From: a virus
Lineage: Duplodnaviria; Caudoviricetes
Direction: 5' to 3' (one strand)
Virus record (IMG/VR): IMGVR_UViG_3300028831_000505
Span: 76 to 64,075 of that record
DNA length: 64,000 bases
Shown here: in pieces, positions 46,301 to 53,812 of the stretch
Position numbering within the stretch: position 1 is the first letter of the stretch
How the letters are laid out: each line of letters opens with the position of its first letter
Translations under genes and position numbers: made by a program
The notes under the pieces: model-generated
Databases searched by the model: none
What the model saw: only the letters and a program-made list of their open reading frames with translations
What the model was told of the DNA's origin: nothing

Positions 46301-46812
46301 CGGTCCATTGCGGCTTCGAATAGCTTCGATTGTGCCGCCTGCTCGGCCTGCGTTCTGTTGAACGCCGTCAGCTCCCGGTTCGACAAGTTGAAGGCCTGCG
46401 CAAGCGCTGTCTTGGCCCGCGTCATTTCAGCGGAGGTCAGGACCCCACGCCGCATCTCGTCTTCAAACACCGCAAAGGCTTGGGTGTTGCGTTGAATGAT
46501 ATCGAACCCGGCCCCCGAGGCGGTCACAGAAGCATTGAGGGCAAGCATGCGGTCGCGCCCGGCCGCTATCGCGGCCTCCTGCCGCGCCATGGCCGTTTCA
46601 ACTGACCGGGCTGATCGGGTGGCGTCGTCGCCCACCTGCTGGGACGCGCGCGAGGCGCGGGCCATTGACTGCTCAAACACCGTAGCCATGCGGTCCACGG
46701 TGGCTTGCAGCTTTTCGAGCACCTTGTCCATTTGCTGGATTGGGCTAATCGCCTGGGTCATCCCCTGGGTATTAGCGCCAATCAGGTACTCGAGATCGGC
46801 AAGTGTGGTCAT
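43312..46812 (-). CDS. tail tape measure protein
   Basis: 1166-aa Ala/Gln-rich helical protein; C-terminal ALGG...GE.RGPEAYVP. Confidence 0.92.
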   Translation of the reverse strand: MTTLADLEYLIGANTQGMTQAISPIQQMDKVLEKLQATVDRMATVFEQSMARASRASQQVGDDATRSARSVETAMARQEAAIAAGRDRMLALNASVTASGAGFDIIQRNTQAFAVFEDEMRRGVLTSAEMTRAKTALAQAFNLSNRELTAFNRTQAEQAAQSKLFEAAMDRQQVAVEKVRGRYMDLMNAMNKRGTNIAVVSDLEQSFKNYEKQLSAGVLSSTAFTTAQNQMLAKLNTVKREAIDGAPTIRGYGDAIKEIAKGTQIGLGPLSGLSSRLTAFNSLTSLAGIIAATAITSIIGLGVAFIAMVKSASEQEDRMRRFNAVIDVMGDRAQVTAKEVDSMAKVVSKTTLATREGAANAAAALLTIPGINKEIFQTALLAAQGLSLVSRGDIETNMRRLAKVLEDPTRNLRGLTEAGVQFSAMEEFQIRNLQESGNLLGARLVVLERLRQHVAGAISQSQGLAGAWHRLGEASTDFFKKAGEQSGAVNALVKVLEDITQSVKDFEKNAELATASGQAFVAVVQLLAVAGKGAALVLAGLAFSVAIIKDLWKAIDWGNETEDLQIAMREMRKEIDDAADGGKNFSASWKRSMLDVLESTRKASPELAAALKAMAAKGGISPTTPAAVSVITDTPEKIRVAGDALAEFAKNHLKVVENSMSADNQIKRFNTTVLNLSDEGLKKIQAGLGLSSEQFERLRFIIANRLGSDLGKLTNDMKNHAVVATENVEIAKQQGQTAFQLAVAQSNVNLGIQSGLLLTRNMTLANQQLSREEKLRLGTLMLINAFTMEQNRLAQLETGIKEAKMRVDLAQQEVALLRDRNTGELQRAVALARTQKEHELLLANQDKESAKFKEAVDLAGRLAAIPFAKGHEEAVRALEKQVQVLDKTIELFNTTEDQRRIGVATLEKQIDLNEKYGKGLDVRKDRELALYQITLQQQKKINDLNTITQSVQTGTENSFLAVENALLKGEDAWKAWKDTVVKSLLDVQNEMIKIMILRPALQAIFGGISPMLAGLLGTPGGTPLPGGLPIGMGGIGHAALGGIMTPKGFAPLQTYSTGGVANSPQMAIFGEGRGPEAYVPLPDGRSIPVTLGGEMGGGSNVYVNVHEVQGVKADVRQSRGPNGGTNIDVYLRNMIADTMSNDIHSGGPVSKSLAQQFGLDRTKGLS

Positions 46813-46836
46813 CTAAGTTCCCCTACGTGCGGGACC

Positions 46837-47348
46837 TCAGCCGGGGGGTCGCTGTCCCGGTCGCTGCCTCCGCGCACGTTCTTCTGCCTCAATGACGAAG
46901 AACGCCAACCACTCAGCAATTTCGTAGGGGGTCAATTGTTCTTCAACTTCGTGGACAAATTTATTGAGTTGCCGGGCAACGATCAGGATTGCCCGGCGCG
47001 TGTGGTCCCTTCGGAGTTTTTTTCCGCACTCCGCAGATCAATGCCGGTGAGCGCCGCCACGTGTGTGGATAGCTCGTCCACCCACTTGCCCGTCTCAAGG
47101 TTGCCGATGGCAGCCACGTCAGCGTCATCGAACACCTTCTCGTCGGTGCCGGGCACGTAGGCGTAGCGGATCAGCATCGCCGCCAGTGGCGGGATCTCGC
47201 TTTTCTCGTTCATCATCTTTTGGAGCTCGGCGACCGTAAAGGCGCGTAGCTCAACGTCGGCGCCGAAAAGCTGGATCGTTTTGATGCTGCGCGGGCGGCT
47301 GGCAAAGACCTTGGCGCGGATCTCGTCACGGGAAGTGGTGAGGCTCAT
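46837..47348 (-). CDS. tail assembly chaperone GT (-1 frameshift product)
   Basis: Slippery A AAA AAC at 47016-47022; the -1 frame reads KLRRDHTRRAILIVARQLNKFVHEVEEQLTPYEIAEWLAFF..., a typical gpT. Confidence 0.8.
46983..47348 (-). CDS. tail assembly chaperone G
   Basis: Between tail tube and TMP; YVPGTDEKVFDDAD; ends AEKN at the slippery site. Confidence 0.85.
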   Translation of the reverse strand: MSLTTSRDEIRAKVFASRPRSIKTIQLFGADVELRAFTVAELQKMMNEKSEIPPLAAMLIRYAYVPGTDEKVFDDADVAAIGNLETGKWVDELSTHVAALTGIDLRSAEKNSEGTTRAGQS

Positions 47349-47415
47349 GGTAGTACGTCCCTTCCTTGCTTGATCAGGGGCGACACCCCTCGGCGCCGCC
47401 CCAGCGGGTTAAGCG

Positions 47416-48471
47416 CTAGTCGGATTGAACCCCACGGTCGGGTGAGCCCGAACCCTGGAAGTTCGCGGTGAACTCATTCATCGCCTCAAGGCCTGACTTG
47501 AGGGACACGTCGGTGACGATGGCCTGACCCTGCATGCCGACCTCGTCCTCCCCTTCGGGAAGGTAGCGCAGGTCGAGCAGTTCCTGATTGAGCCAGGAGT
47601 CCAGCACCACGCGAATCGCGGCACTGAGGGTGCTGCTATTGTCATGCACCCAATCGAAGACCGTGTTGATGCCCTCCGGCACGCTCAGCTCGAAGGTTTT
47701 CGTTTCCTCCTCCTGCGCCCCCACGTTGCCCGACTGGCTGCGGTTTTGCAGTTTGAAGAAGCCCCGGCACAGGCTCAAGCCACTACCGTCCGGGTTGACC
47801 TCGATGATGACTTCGGCGCGCTGCTCGAGAAGCGTCCAGAACGCCGAGCTGGCCTTGTAGAAGCCGCCCACCTGCAAGCTGACCGTGCGCAGGCCGGGTT
47901 CGCTGACGCGGTAGCCGCCGTTGCCGCGCGCCGTGGCAAAGTCGGTCTTGTCGATGACCGCGGCGCGTTGCGTGAGCGTGAAGTCATTGGCGCCGGCCAC
48001 TTCCGTCGTGGGCAGATACTTGCCGTCAATGGTGATGGCGCCGCCGGGGGTATAGGTGTTCTTGAACGTGACGCGGCCGAACAGGTAGTTGATGGACACG
48101 ATGTTCGCGGCATCCACCGCCACGCCGCCGTCCTTGACCGTCACCGCCGTGTTGCGATCCAGAATGCGCTTGGCGGCGTTCGTAACCTGATAGGTCTTGC
48201 CGCTCAGCAGCGTCGTTTCCTCGTCGGTGATGGTGGTGGGGGTGCCGGATTTCTTGATGCTGGCCACATAGCCGGCGAAGCCCTTGTACAGGGCCTGTGA
48301 GTTCGAGGACCAGGTGATCAGGCCCGGTTGGTTCGACTGGAACGTCGAGCCGAAGATCGTGTCGTTGATCGCCGACCCCTCATCGGTGAAAGACCCGGTG
48401 CCGCCCGGCAGTGTGTGCCACACAGTTCCGCCGTCACCGGAAACATCGACCCGCTTTGCCAGCGTCGTCAT
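47416..48471 (-). CDS. major tail tube protein
   Basis: Position after the terminator gene, high GC3, C-terminal FTANFQGSG, AGGAGG RBS. Confidence 0.85.
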   Translation of the reverse strand: MTTLAKRVDVSGDGGTVWHTLPGGTGSFTDEGSAINDTIFGSTFQSNQPGLITWSSNSQALYKGFAGYVASIKKSGTPTTITDEETTLLSGKTYQVTNAAKRILDRNTAVTVKDGGVAVDAANIVSINYLFGRVTFKNTYTPGGAITIDGKYLPTTEVAGANDFTLTQRAAVIDKTDFATARGNGGYRVSEPGLRTVSLQVGGFYKASSAFWTLLEQRAEVIIEVNPDGSGLSLCRGFFKLQNRSQSGNVGAQEEETKTFELSVPEGINTVFDWVHDNSSTLSAAIRVVLDSWLNQELLDLRYLPEGEDEVGMQGQAIVTDVSLKSGLEAMNEFTANFQGSGSPDRGVQSD

Positions 48472-48484
48472 TGCCCAAATCCTC

Positions 48485-48907
48485 CTATAGCGGACGCCGA
48501 TTGGCGCCCTCAGCCGGTTCCCTGATGACCCGCCACGTGCTCACAAAGATGGAGCGCTTTGCCTCATCCTGCATTAGAAAGCCCGTGTCGATGACCACGT
48601 AAACGCCAACGTAACGTGTACCATTGATTGTCTGCGATGGCAAACCAAGAAGAAGGTCCCGGACAGCATTCGCTTTTGACCATCCTATGGCATAATCCAC
48701 GGCACGCACCCGCACCTGGAAGCGCGGCTCATCCACCAACCATTTTGGGTTGGGTGCACCACCGGGGGTGTCGTACAGGGTGATAACATTGACCGGCTCA
48801 CTCGGCTCCTTGCCGATGTAAATGGCCCAATCGGCAACACCACCAATGGCGCCAATCGATGGAGCAAGCAGCGGCCTCAGGTCTACAGTTGGCGGGTTGA
48901 TTGGCAT
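48485..48907 (-). CDS. tail terminator / minor structural protein
   Basis: EP..P...ITLYDT.G..P......P.FQVRVRA..Y..G. Confidence 0.75.
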   Translation of the reverse strand: MPINPPTVDLRPLLAPSIGAIGGVADWAIYIGKEPSEPVNVITLYDTPGGAPNPKWLVDEPRFQVRVRAVDYAIGWSKANAVRDLLLGLPSQTINGTRYVGVYVVIDTGFLMQDEAKRSIFVSTWRVIREPAEGANRRPL

Positions 48908-48909
48908 GG

Positions 48910-49353
48910 CTACCGCACCCTTTTCTTCGGGATGGCAGCCAGTTCGGCTTTGATGTAGGTGTCGTACTCGATACGAGCGGATTCCGCGCCCTGCTCGAGG
49001 TACTTGTAGCCCCGGCCCTCGGCGTTCTCGTGAACGATGAGTGCGTAGGTGACGATGCCAAGTGGGGCATTGGGTGTGGGGGTCACAGGGTTATCGATGC
49101 CGCCAAAAGTAACCTTCCCACGCACGCCCTTGGGCGTAACCTCAGCGCTGGCCGCGCCACTCTGCGAGAGGCCGCCGTACTGCACCGGAACGAACGGGTA
49201 AGTGTGATTGAGCACAATTTGAGCGGCGCCCTGAAAGATGCGAAAAGCCTCGGCGTTCACGACCTTTGCGAAGTCGTTGTAGGCCGTCAGGCACAGGTTC
49301 AGGGCACGGCTACCACCGATCCCCTTCGCACCAATGTTTACCCGAGTCGCCAT
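48910..49353 (-). CDS. tail completion / neck protein (HK97 gp10-like)
   Basis: VPVQYGGL..S, YALIVHE, KYLE motifs. Confidence 0.72.
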   Translation of the reverse strand: MATRVNIGAKGIGGSRALNLCLTAYNDFAKVVNAEAFRIFQGAAQIVLNHTYPFVPVQYGGLSQSGAASAEVTPKGVRGKVTFGGIDNPVTPTPNAPLGIVTYALIVHENAEGRGYKYLEQGAESARIEYDTYIKAELAAIPKKRVR

Positions 49354-49685
49354 CAAAGATAGGCCTTCCGTTCAAATACCTCGGCCACAAGGCCGGGTAT
49401 TTTCCTGAACTCCTTGACGTCGAAAGCCCCCTTCAACGCCTTGGGGTCAGCCTGATTTGTTTCCCCCAAGTAGAGGTAATCCCCGGCAGCAACGTCCTGA
49501 TCCAAGAACACCCGCGCCCGGCTTTGCACCCGCACGCCCTCAGCGGTGACGATCTCAGTTGACCGCTCTTCCCAACGGCACGAGATCACGGCTGGGGCCG
49601 CAAAGGTGTCGGCGCCGAAGCTGTCTGCCGCTCCCTTCGACCACCATGTGGCCTTCTGAACAAGACCCATTGTTAAGAAGGTCAT
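49353..49685 (-). CDS. head closure / head-tail adaptor
   Basis: ATWW....DSFG...F.AP..I.CRWE. Confidence 0.7.
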   Translation of the reverse strand: MTFLTMGLVQKATWWSKGAADSFGADTFAAPAVISCRWEERSTEIVTAEGVRVQSRARVFLDQDVAAGDYLYLGETNQADPKALKGAFDVKEFRKIPGLVAEVFERKAYL

Positions 49686-50353
49686 CAGTAGGGCCTCGTG
49701 TAGTATCTGATGACGTTGGCCACGGAATTTGGGTAGCCGGCAAGGGCAGAGTCCGCCTTTCCCCTATCCCAACTAACATCGGTATCTCCGATCCGGTAAC
49801 GGGTCACGGAGTTGTCGATGCCGTTTGCATCCGACCGATAGTCGGCTTTAACGATGGACGTAATGGCCCGCTCAAGATCATACGGGAAGTCTTGTTTCAG
49901 TTCATTGGTGGAGTTGGGCCGGGTGATGTACCCACCCTCATAGGTGAATTCCCAATCGTCCTTGAAGAAGTTGGACTCGGCGCTGTCAGGGGTGTTCCAA
50001 GGAACGGTGGTGGTTATCCACCCCCCGTCACGCTGCACAATCCCCGCATCCTTGTCGATCACTCGATACTCGTCGGCGCCAATAAGCGCTTCCTTGTATT
50101 TGACCGCACTGATGCTGATGATTGGGGTAACGCTGAGAAGGATGTTCGGGGTGCCCTTTCCGGGAAGGGTCTCCTTGTAAATCTGGCGAACCCAATTGCG
50201 GCCGGTGATCCTGATAACCGTAGCGGTTACGGCCAAAATCAGGTCGGTGAGCGTCGTGTCCTGACCGCTGCCTGAGATGCCAAGCTGGGCCTTGACGGTA
50301 TCCAGCTTTAGCAACTCAGGTTTTGCGGCCGGTGTTACAATCTCAATTGCCAC
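49685..50353 (-). CDS. head-tail connector (gp6-like)
   Basis: LDTVKAQLGI....D..L..LI...T......GR....Q, YEGGY, P.DLERA. Confidence 0.8.
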   Translation of the reverse strand: MAIEIVTPAAKPELLKLDTVKAQLGISGSGQDTTLTDLILAVTATVIRITGRNWVRQIYKETLPGKGTPNILLSVTPIISISAVKYKEALIGADEYRVIDKDAGIVQRDGGWITTTVPWNTPDSAESNFFKDDWEFTYEGGYITRPNSTNELKQDFPYDLERAITSIVKADYRSDANGIDNSVTRYRIGDTDVSWDRGKADSALAGYPNSVANVIRYYTRPY

Positions 50354-50373
50354 GGCTCACCTGCCAGTCGTCC

Positions 50374-50688
50374 TCAGTCGAGCTTGGGGCGGTCCCGGCC
50401 ACGGCCTACGGGCTTGGCGTCGCCGGGCTTGCCCCCATCACCCTTGGCGTCCTTGCCGGCGCCGCCAGCGGCGGGGCCAGCACCCTTGTCCGGGCCACCC
50501 GGACCTTGTGGATTGGGGGTGCCCTTACCGGGCTCGGTAGTCATTTGCCGGTTGGTGTACACCGCTTTTCCTCCATTTACGAGACGATCTGCTTCCGCTG
50601 GAGTGAAGCCGGCCCTGTCCCCCTTGATCCAGGGGGCATTCGACCGGATGAACTCCACTTGAACCCGTGGGCCTTTTCGCGCCGCCAT
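50374..50688 (-). CDS. hypothetical head-associated protein
   Basis: MAARKGPRV...GDRAGF..AEA.RLV..GKA; Gly/Pro tail ending RDRPKLD. Confidence 0.6.
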   Translation of the reverse strand: MAARKGPRVQVEFIRSNAPWIKGDRAGFTPAEADRLVNGGKAVYTNRQMTTEPGKGTPNPQGPGGPDKGAGPAAGGAGKDAKGDGGKPGDAKPVGRGRDRPKLD

Positions 50689-50695
50689 AGTGTCC

Positions 50696-51007
50696 CTACC
50701 TTCCTTGCCGCCGTTTGAGGTTGATCTTGTCAACCGTATCCCCGCTATCCGTACACACAAATAGCTGGGAAGTGAATACCGCCCAGATTTCCGATCCCTG
50801 ACGCTTGAATGTTATCTCTGCCGTTTCAAGCCCTTCCCTGAGTGGGTTACCCCCCTTAGGGAAACACTCGGAAGCTATCAGATTAACCACCCCAGTTGGG
50901 AGATCCTCACGCCGCCTGACTAGCCTGATTTTGTTGGAGTAGTGGTAGCTGTCGACCTTGTCGAAGCAGTGCCACCCACCAACGCCATCCTCAAACTTGA
51001 GCAGCAT
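50696..51007 (-). CDS. hypothetical protein
   Basis: 103-aa ORF with AT-richer codons than its neighbours. Confidence 0.55.
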   Translation of the reverse strand: MLLKFEDGVGGWHCFDKVDSYHYSNKIRLVRRREDLPTGVVNLIASECFPKGGNPLREGLETAEITFKRQGSEIWAVFTSQLFVCTDSGDTVDKINLKRRQGR

Positions 51008-51032
51008 TGTCTACCTGCCTGCCTTAACGCCT

Positions 51033-51069
51033 GCCGGGCGCAGTTGGTTCAAGTGCAACCGCGCCCGGC
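51033..51069 (-). terminator. strong stem-loop after the capsid/decoration genes (terminator or mRNA-stability hairpin)
   Basis: On the - strand GCCGGGCGCGGTTG-loop-CAACTGCGCCCGGC, 14 bp including one G-U pair; no U tract. Confidence 0.5.
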
Positions 51070-51091
51070 GAACTACCCCTCCCGTTGGCCG

Positions 51092-51565
51092 TTAGTCGGA
51101 GTCACCCGCGCCGGCCAGCACCGGCAGTTCCTGGAAGCCACCGAACACGACCACCGCGGTGAAGTCTGCGGTGTCGGTGTTGGCTGCCGACAGGTCAACC
51201 ATCCAGTCGAACCGAATCTGGTCGTCAGCGCCGGTGAGGTCGAAGTTGGCTTGGTGCAGTTCGCTGTCGTTGAGCCCCTGATCCACGGGGGCACGGGTGT
51301 CCTGCACGGTCCACACCGAGCCCTGCGGGCTATCCGACATGCGAATGGAGATCGACGACTTGTCGCCGCCTTGCTGCCCGGCGGTCTTGGCCAAGAAGAA
51401 CACCGCGCACGAGCGGGGGCGCGAACGCCACTGCTTGAGGTCGATGGTGAGGCCGTTCTGCCAGACGTTGTCGTTGCCGGAACCCGCCACCGCCTGGGTG
51501 GTGAGGGCCGCGATGGCGCCAACAAGGTAGGCGCCAATGTTGTGTTGCATGGGCTTGGTGGTCAT
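51092..51565 (-). CDS. putative capsid decoration/cement protein
   Basis: Directly after the MCP, beta-rich, high GC3, GAGGAA RBS. Confidence 0.6.
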   Translation of the reverse strand: MTTKPMQHNIGAYLVGAIAALTTQAVAGSGNDNVWQNGLTIDLKQWRSRPRSCAVFFLAKTAGQQGGDKSSISIRMSDSPQGSVWTVQDTRAPVDQGLNDSELHQANFDLTGADDQIRFDWMVDLSAANTDTADFTAVVVFGGFQELPVLAGAGDSD

Positions 51566-51643
51566 GTGGTTCCTCTGCGAGTTCGGGGAGGGGGTTTTCC
51601 TACACCCCGCCCCTCAGGTTACGGGTCTGGTGGAGCGTGGGGC

Positions 51644-52876
51644 TTAGCCGCCCCAAGCCACGCCGGTCTTCACGGCAACCGATTCGCCGTGGCGCATGGC
51701 GAAGTCGTGCCGGCTGATCGCGCGGATCAGCGTCTCGTCGCGGGAGAAGGCCGACTGCACTTCGCCGTTCTCCACGTAGGCCGCCGAGGAATCCGTGACG
51801 ATCTCGAGGGCGGTGGCTTCGCCGATGATCGCGTCCGTCATTTCGGCGAGCATGATCTCGGAGTCGTCGCCATTGCCCAAGTTGGCCGGAACGCTCGTCG
51901 AGACAAACACCGGCCAGCCGTACAGCACCGGCGCGGTGCCACGGATTTCCGGGTAGATGAGTTCGCCGTTGGTGGTGCGCAGGTTCCGCAGGTAGTTCTT
52001 GCGGGTCGGGTGCATGAACCACGCAGGCTTCTGCATGGCCACGTTCGCGCTTTCCAGGGCGTTGATCAGGTCCCGGAAGTCCTCCTCGATCTGCGTCGAG
52101 GACGTGCCGGCCGACGGGATGACGTTGCCCGGCACCGCCCAGTTGCGCATGCCCTTGGGGGTGTGCTGGGAGCCGTCGTCGCGAAGGAAGGCGCGATCCT
52201 CACGGATGGCCATTTCCAGCACGAGGTCGTCGCGAACGAACTCGTCGGCCGAGGGGCCGGACGTGAACGCCAGCAGGTCATTGCTGATCGGCACAATCGC
52301 GGCGAGCTTCTTGCTCGACAGGTCGATCTGACCGACTTCCGGCGCGGTGGTCGGAATGTTGCGCGACTCACCGACGTACGAGGCGCTGGAACCCGCCGTC
52401 TGCTTGCGGATCGTCAAGGCACCACGGTTCATCGGCACCACGCGGGCGCCTGCACCACGGACCACGGTCCGGGCACGAAGCAACTCGATGATTTCCGCCG
52501 CGTACTCGGGCGGGATGAGCGCACCGGCCTGGGTCAGGTTGGACGCCATCAGCGCCTTCTGGACCTCGGTGCCGAGCTCGTCGTCGAAGGCCTTCGAGCA
52601 GAAGTACTTGACCTTCTCCATGTTGCCGTTGGCGAACGCCAGGGCGCGGACACAGCGCGCGGCCGCAATGCCCTTCATGTTGTCCTTGATGGTAAACTTG
52701 CGGTCACGGATGATGCGCGATCCGTTGGTCTCCTCAAGCGGGGGGTCGCTACGCTGCTCCCCGCCACCGCCCTTGACGTTCTTGGCCACGGCGGCTTCGA
52801 CCATCGGGCCAAGCTTGGCCAGGATGCCCGCCGAGAGGGCTTCCATGTTGGTCGGTTGGGTGGTACGGTCGTTCAT
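51644..52876 (-). CDS. major capsid protein (HK97 fold)
   Basis: GALIPPEY..EIIELLR, YVGE, KKLAAIVPISNDLL, EDRAFL.DDG, G..IYP...LYG.PV; GAGG RBS before MNDRTT. Confidence 0.95.
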   Translation of the reverse strand: MNDRTTQPTNMEALSAGILAKLGPMVEAAVAKNVKGGGGEQRSDPPLEETNGSRIIRDRKFTIKDNMKGIAAARCVRALAFANGNMEKVKYFCSKAFDDELGTEVQKALMASNLTQAGALIPPEYAAEIIELLRARTVVRGAGARVVPMNRGALTIRKQTAGSSASYVGESRNIPTTAPEVGQIDLSSKKLAAIVPISNDLLAFTSGPSADEFVRDDLVLEMAIREDRAFLRDDGSQHTPKGMRNWAVPGNVIPSAGTSSTQIEEDFRDLINALESANVAMQKPAWFMHPTRKNYLRNLRTTNGELIYPEIRGTAPVLYGWPVFVSTSVPANLGNGDDSEIMLAEMTDAIIGEATALEIVTDSSAAYVENGEVQSAFSRDETLIRAISRHDFAMRHGESVAVKTGVAWGG

Positions 52877-52936
52877 TGGGTCGTCCTCGATGCAGGCCAC
52901 CTTCTGGCCTTCGTTGCAAAATGGGTATGCCGACGG

Positions 52937-53812
52937 TTAGTCGAGCTTCCCCCGCTGGCGGTCAAGAGCGGTCTTGACCAATTCGTCGATCTTCGGTCCG
53001 AGCCCTTCGAGAAAGCTCTTGATGAAGGTGTCCACGTCGCCGGCTTCGGTGGGCACGGTAATATCGAGCGTCGTGCCTGCCGCACGGCTGACCTTGCCGG
53101 CCGGATCGATCAGGTCGGCGAGGTCGCGCATAAAGCCCGCGTTGAACTTGAGGCGGCGGGCAAGCTGCTTGTCCCCACCAGCCTTGAGCGCGCCCTTGTC
53201 CAGCACCGCTTCGAGGCCATTGAGCACCGTTTCCAGCACACCCACGACCTCGAGGTCGGTGGCCTTGCGCTCGGTGATGGCCTTGGTGTCCACGACCTTG
53301 CCGTCGACCCGAAGCTCCTCCGCACCACCATCCTTGTTGGTGTGCACGATGAAGATGTCGACGCTGGAGCCGGCCGGGGTTGCCCGGGTGCCTTTGTCGG
53401 TCTCGTCCTTGGGGTCCTTGGGCGCGGGCGCCGACGGGGTCTTCGTCTCCACGGCCTTGGAGCTTTGCAGTTCGGCCACCAGTGCCTTGCGCTCCGGATC
53501 ATGGGAAAGCACCTTGTACACTGCGGTGAGGTTGGCACCCTTCACGGTGAGGGTGGTGGTCGCCATCTTGTCCTTGCCCTCGCCGGTCTCGGTGACGTCC
53601 ACGTCGATCACCTTGTTGCCGAGCGCGCCGTCACGGTCCGTCAGGGCCTCGGTGGTGATCAAGGTCTTCTTGGGCAGGTCCTTGCCCAGGATGATCTTGC
53701 CACCCTCATTGGCCACAATCAGCTCCTCGGCATCCTTGTGCTCGGGGGCCTTGGTAACGGGAAGCCCATCGAGAAGGGCCTTGAAGTCGGCGGCGGTCTT
53801 GGGATTGGCCAT
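52937..53812 (-). CDS. putative internally initiated scaffolding protein (in frame within the protease gene)
   Basis: CAGGAG-CCCACC-ATG in frame at codon 252 (MANPKTAADF). Confidence 0.5.
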   Translation of the reverse strand: MANPKTAADFKALLDGLPVTKAPEHKDAEELIVANEGGKIILGKDLPKKTLITTEALTDRDGALGNKVIDVDVTETGEGKDKMATTTLTVKGANLTAVYKVLSHDPERKALVAELQSSKAVETKTPSAPAPKDPKDETDKGTRATPAGSSVDIFIVHTNKDGGAEELRVDGKVVDTKAITERKATDLEVVGVLETVLNGLEAVLDKGALKAGGDKQLARRLKFNAGFMRDLADLIDPAGKVSRAAGTTLDITVPTEAGDVDTFIKSFLEGLGPKIDELVKTALDRQRGKLD

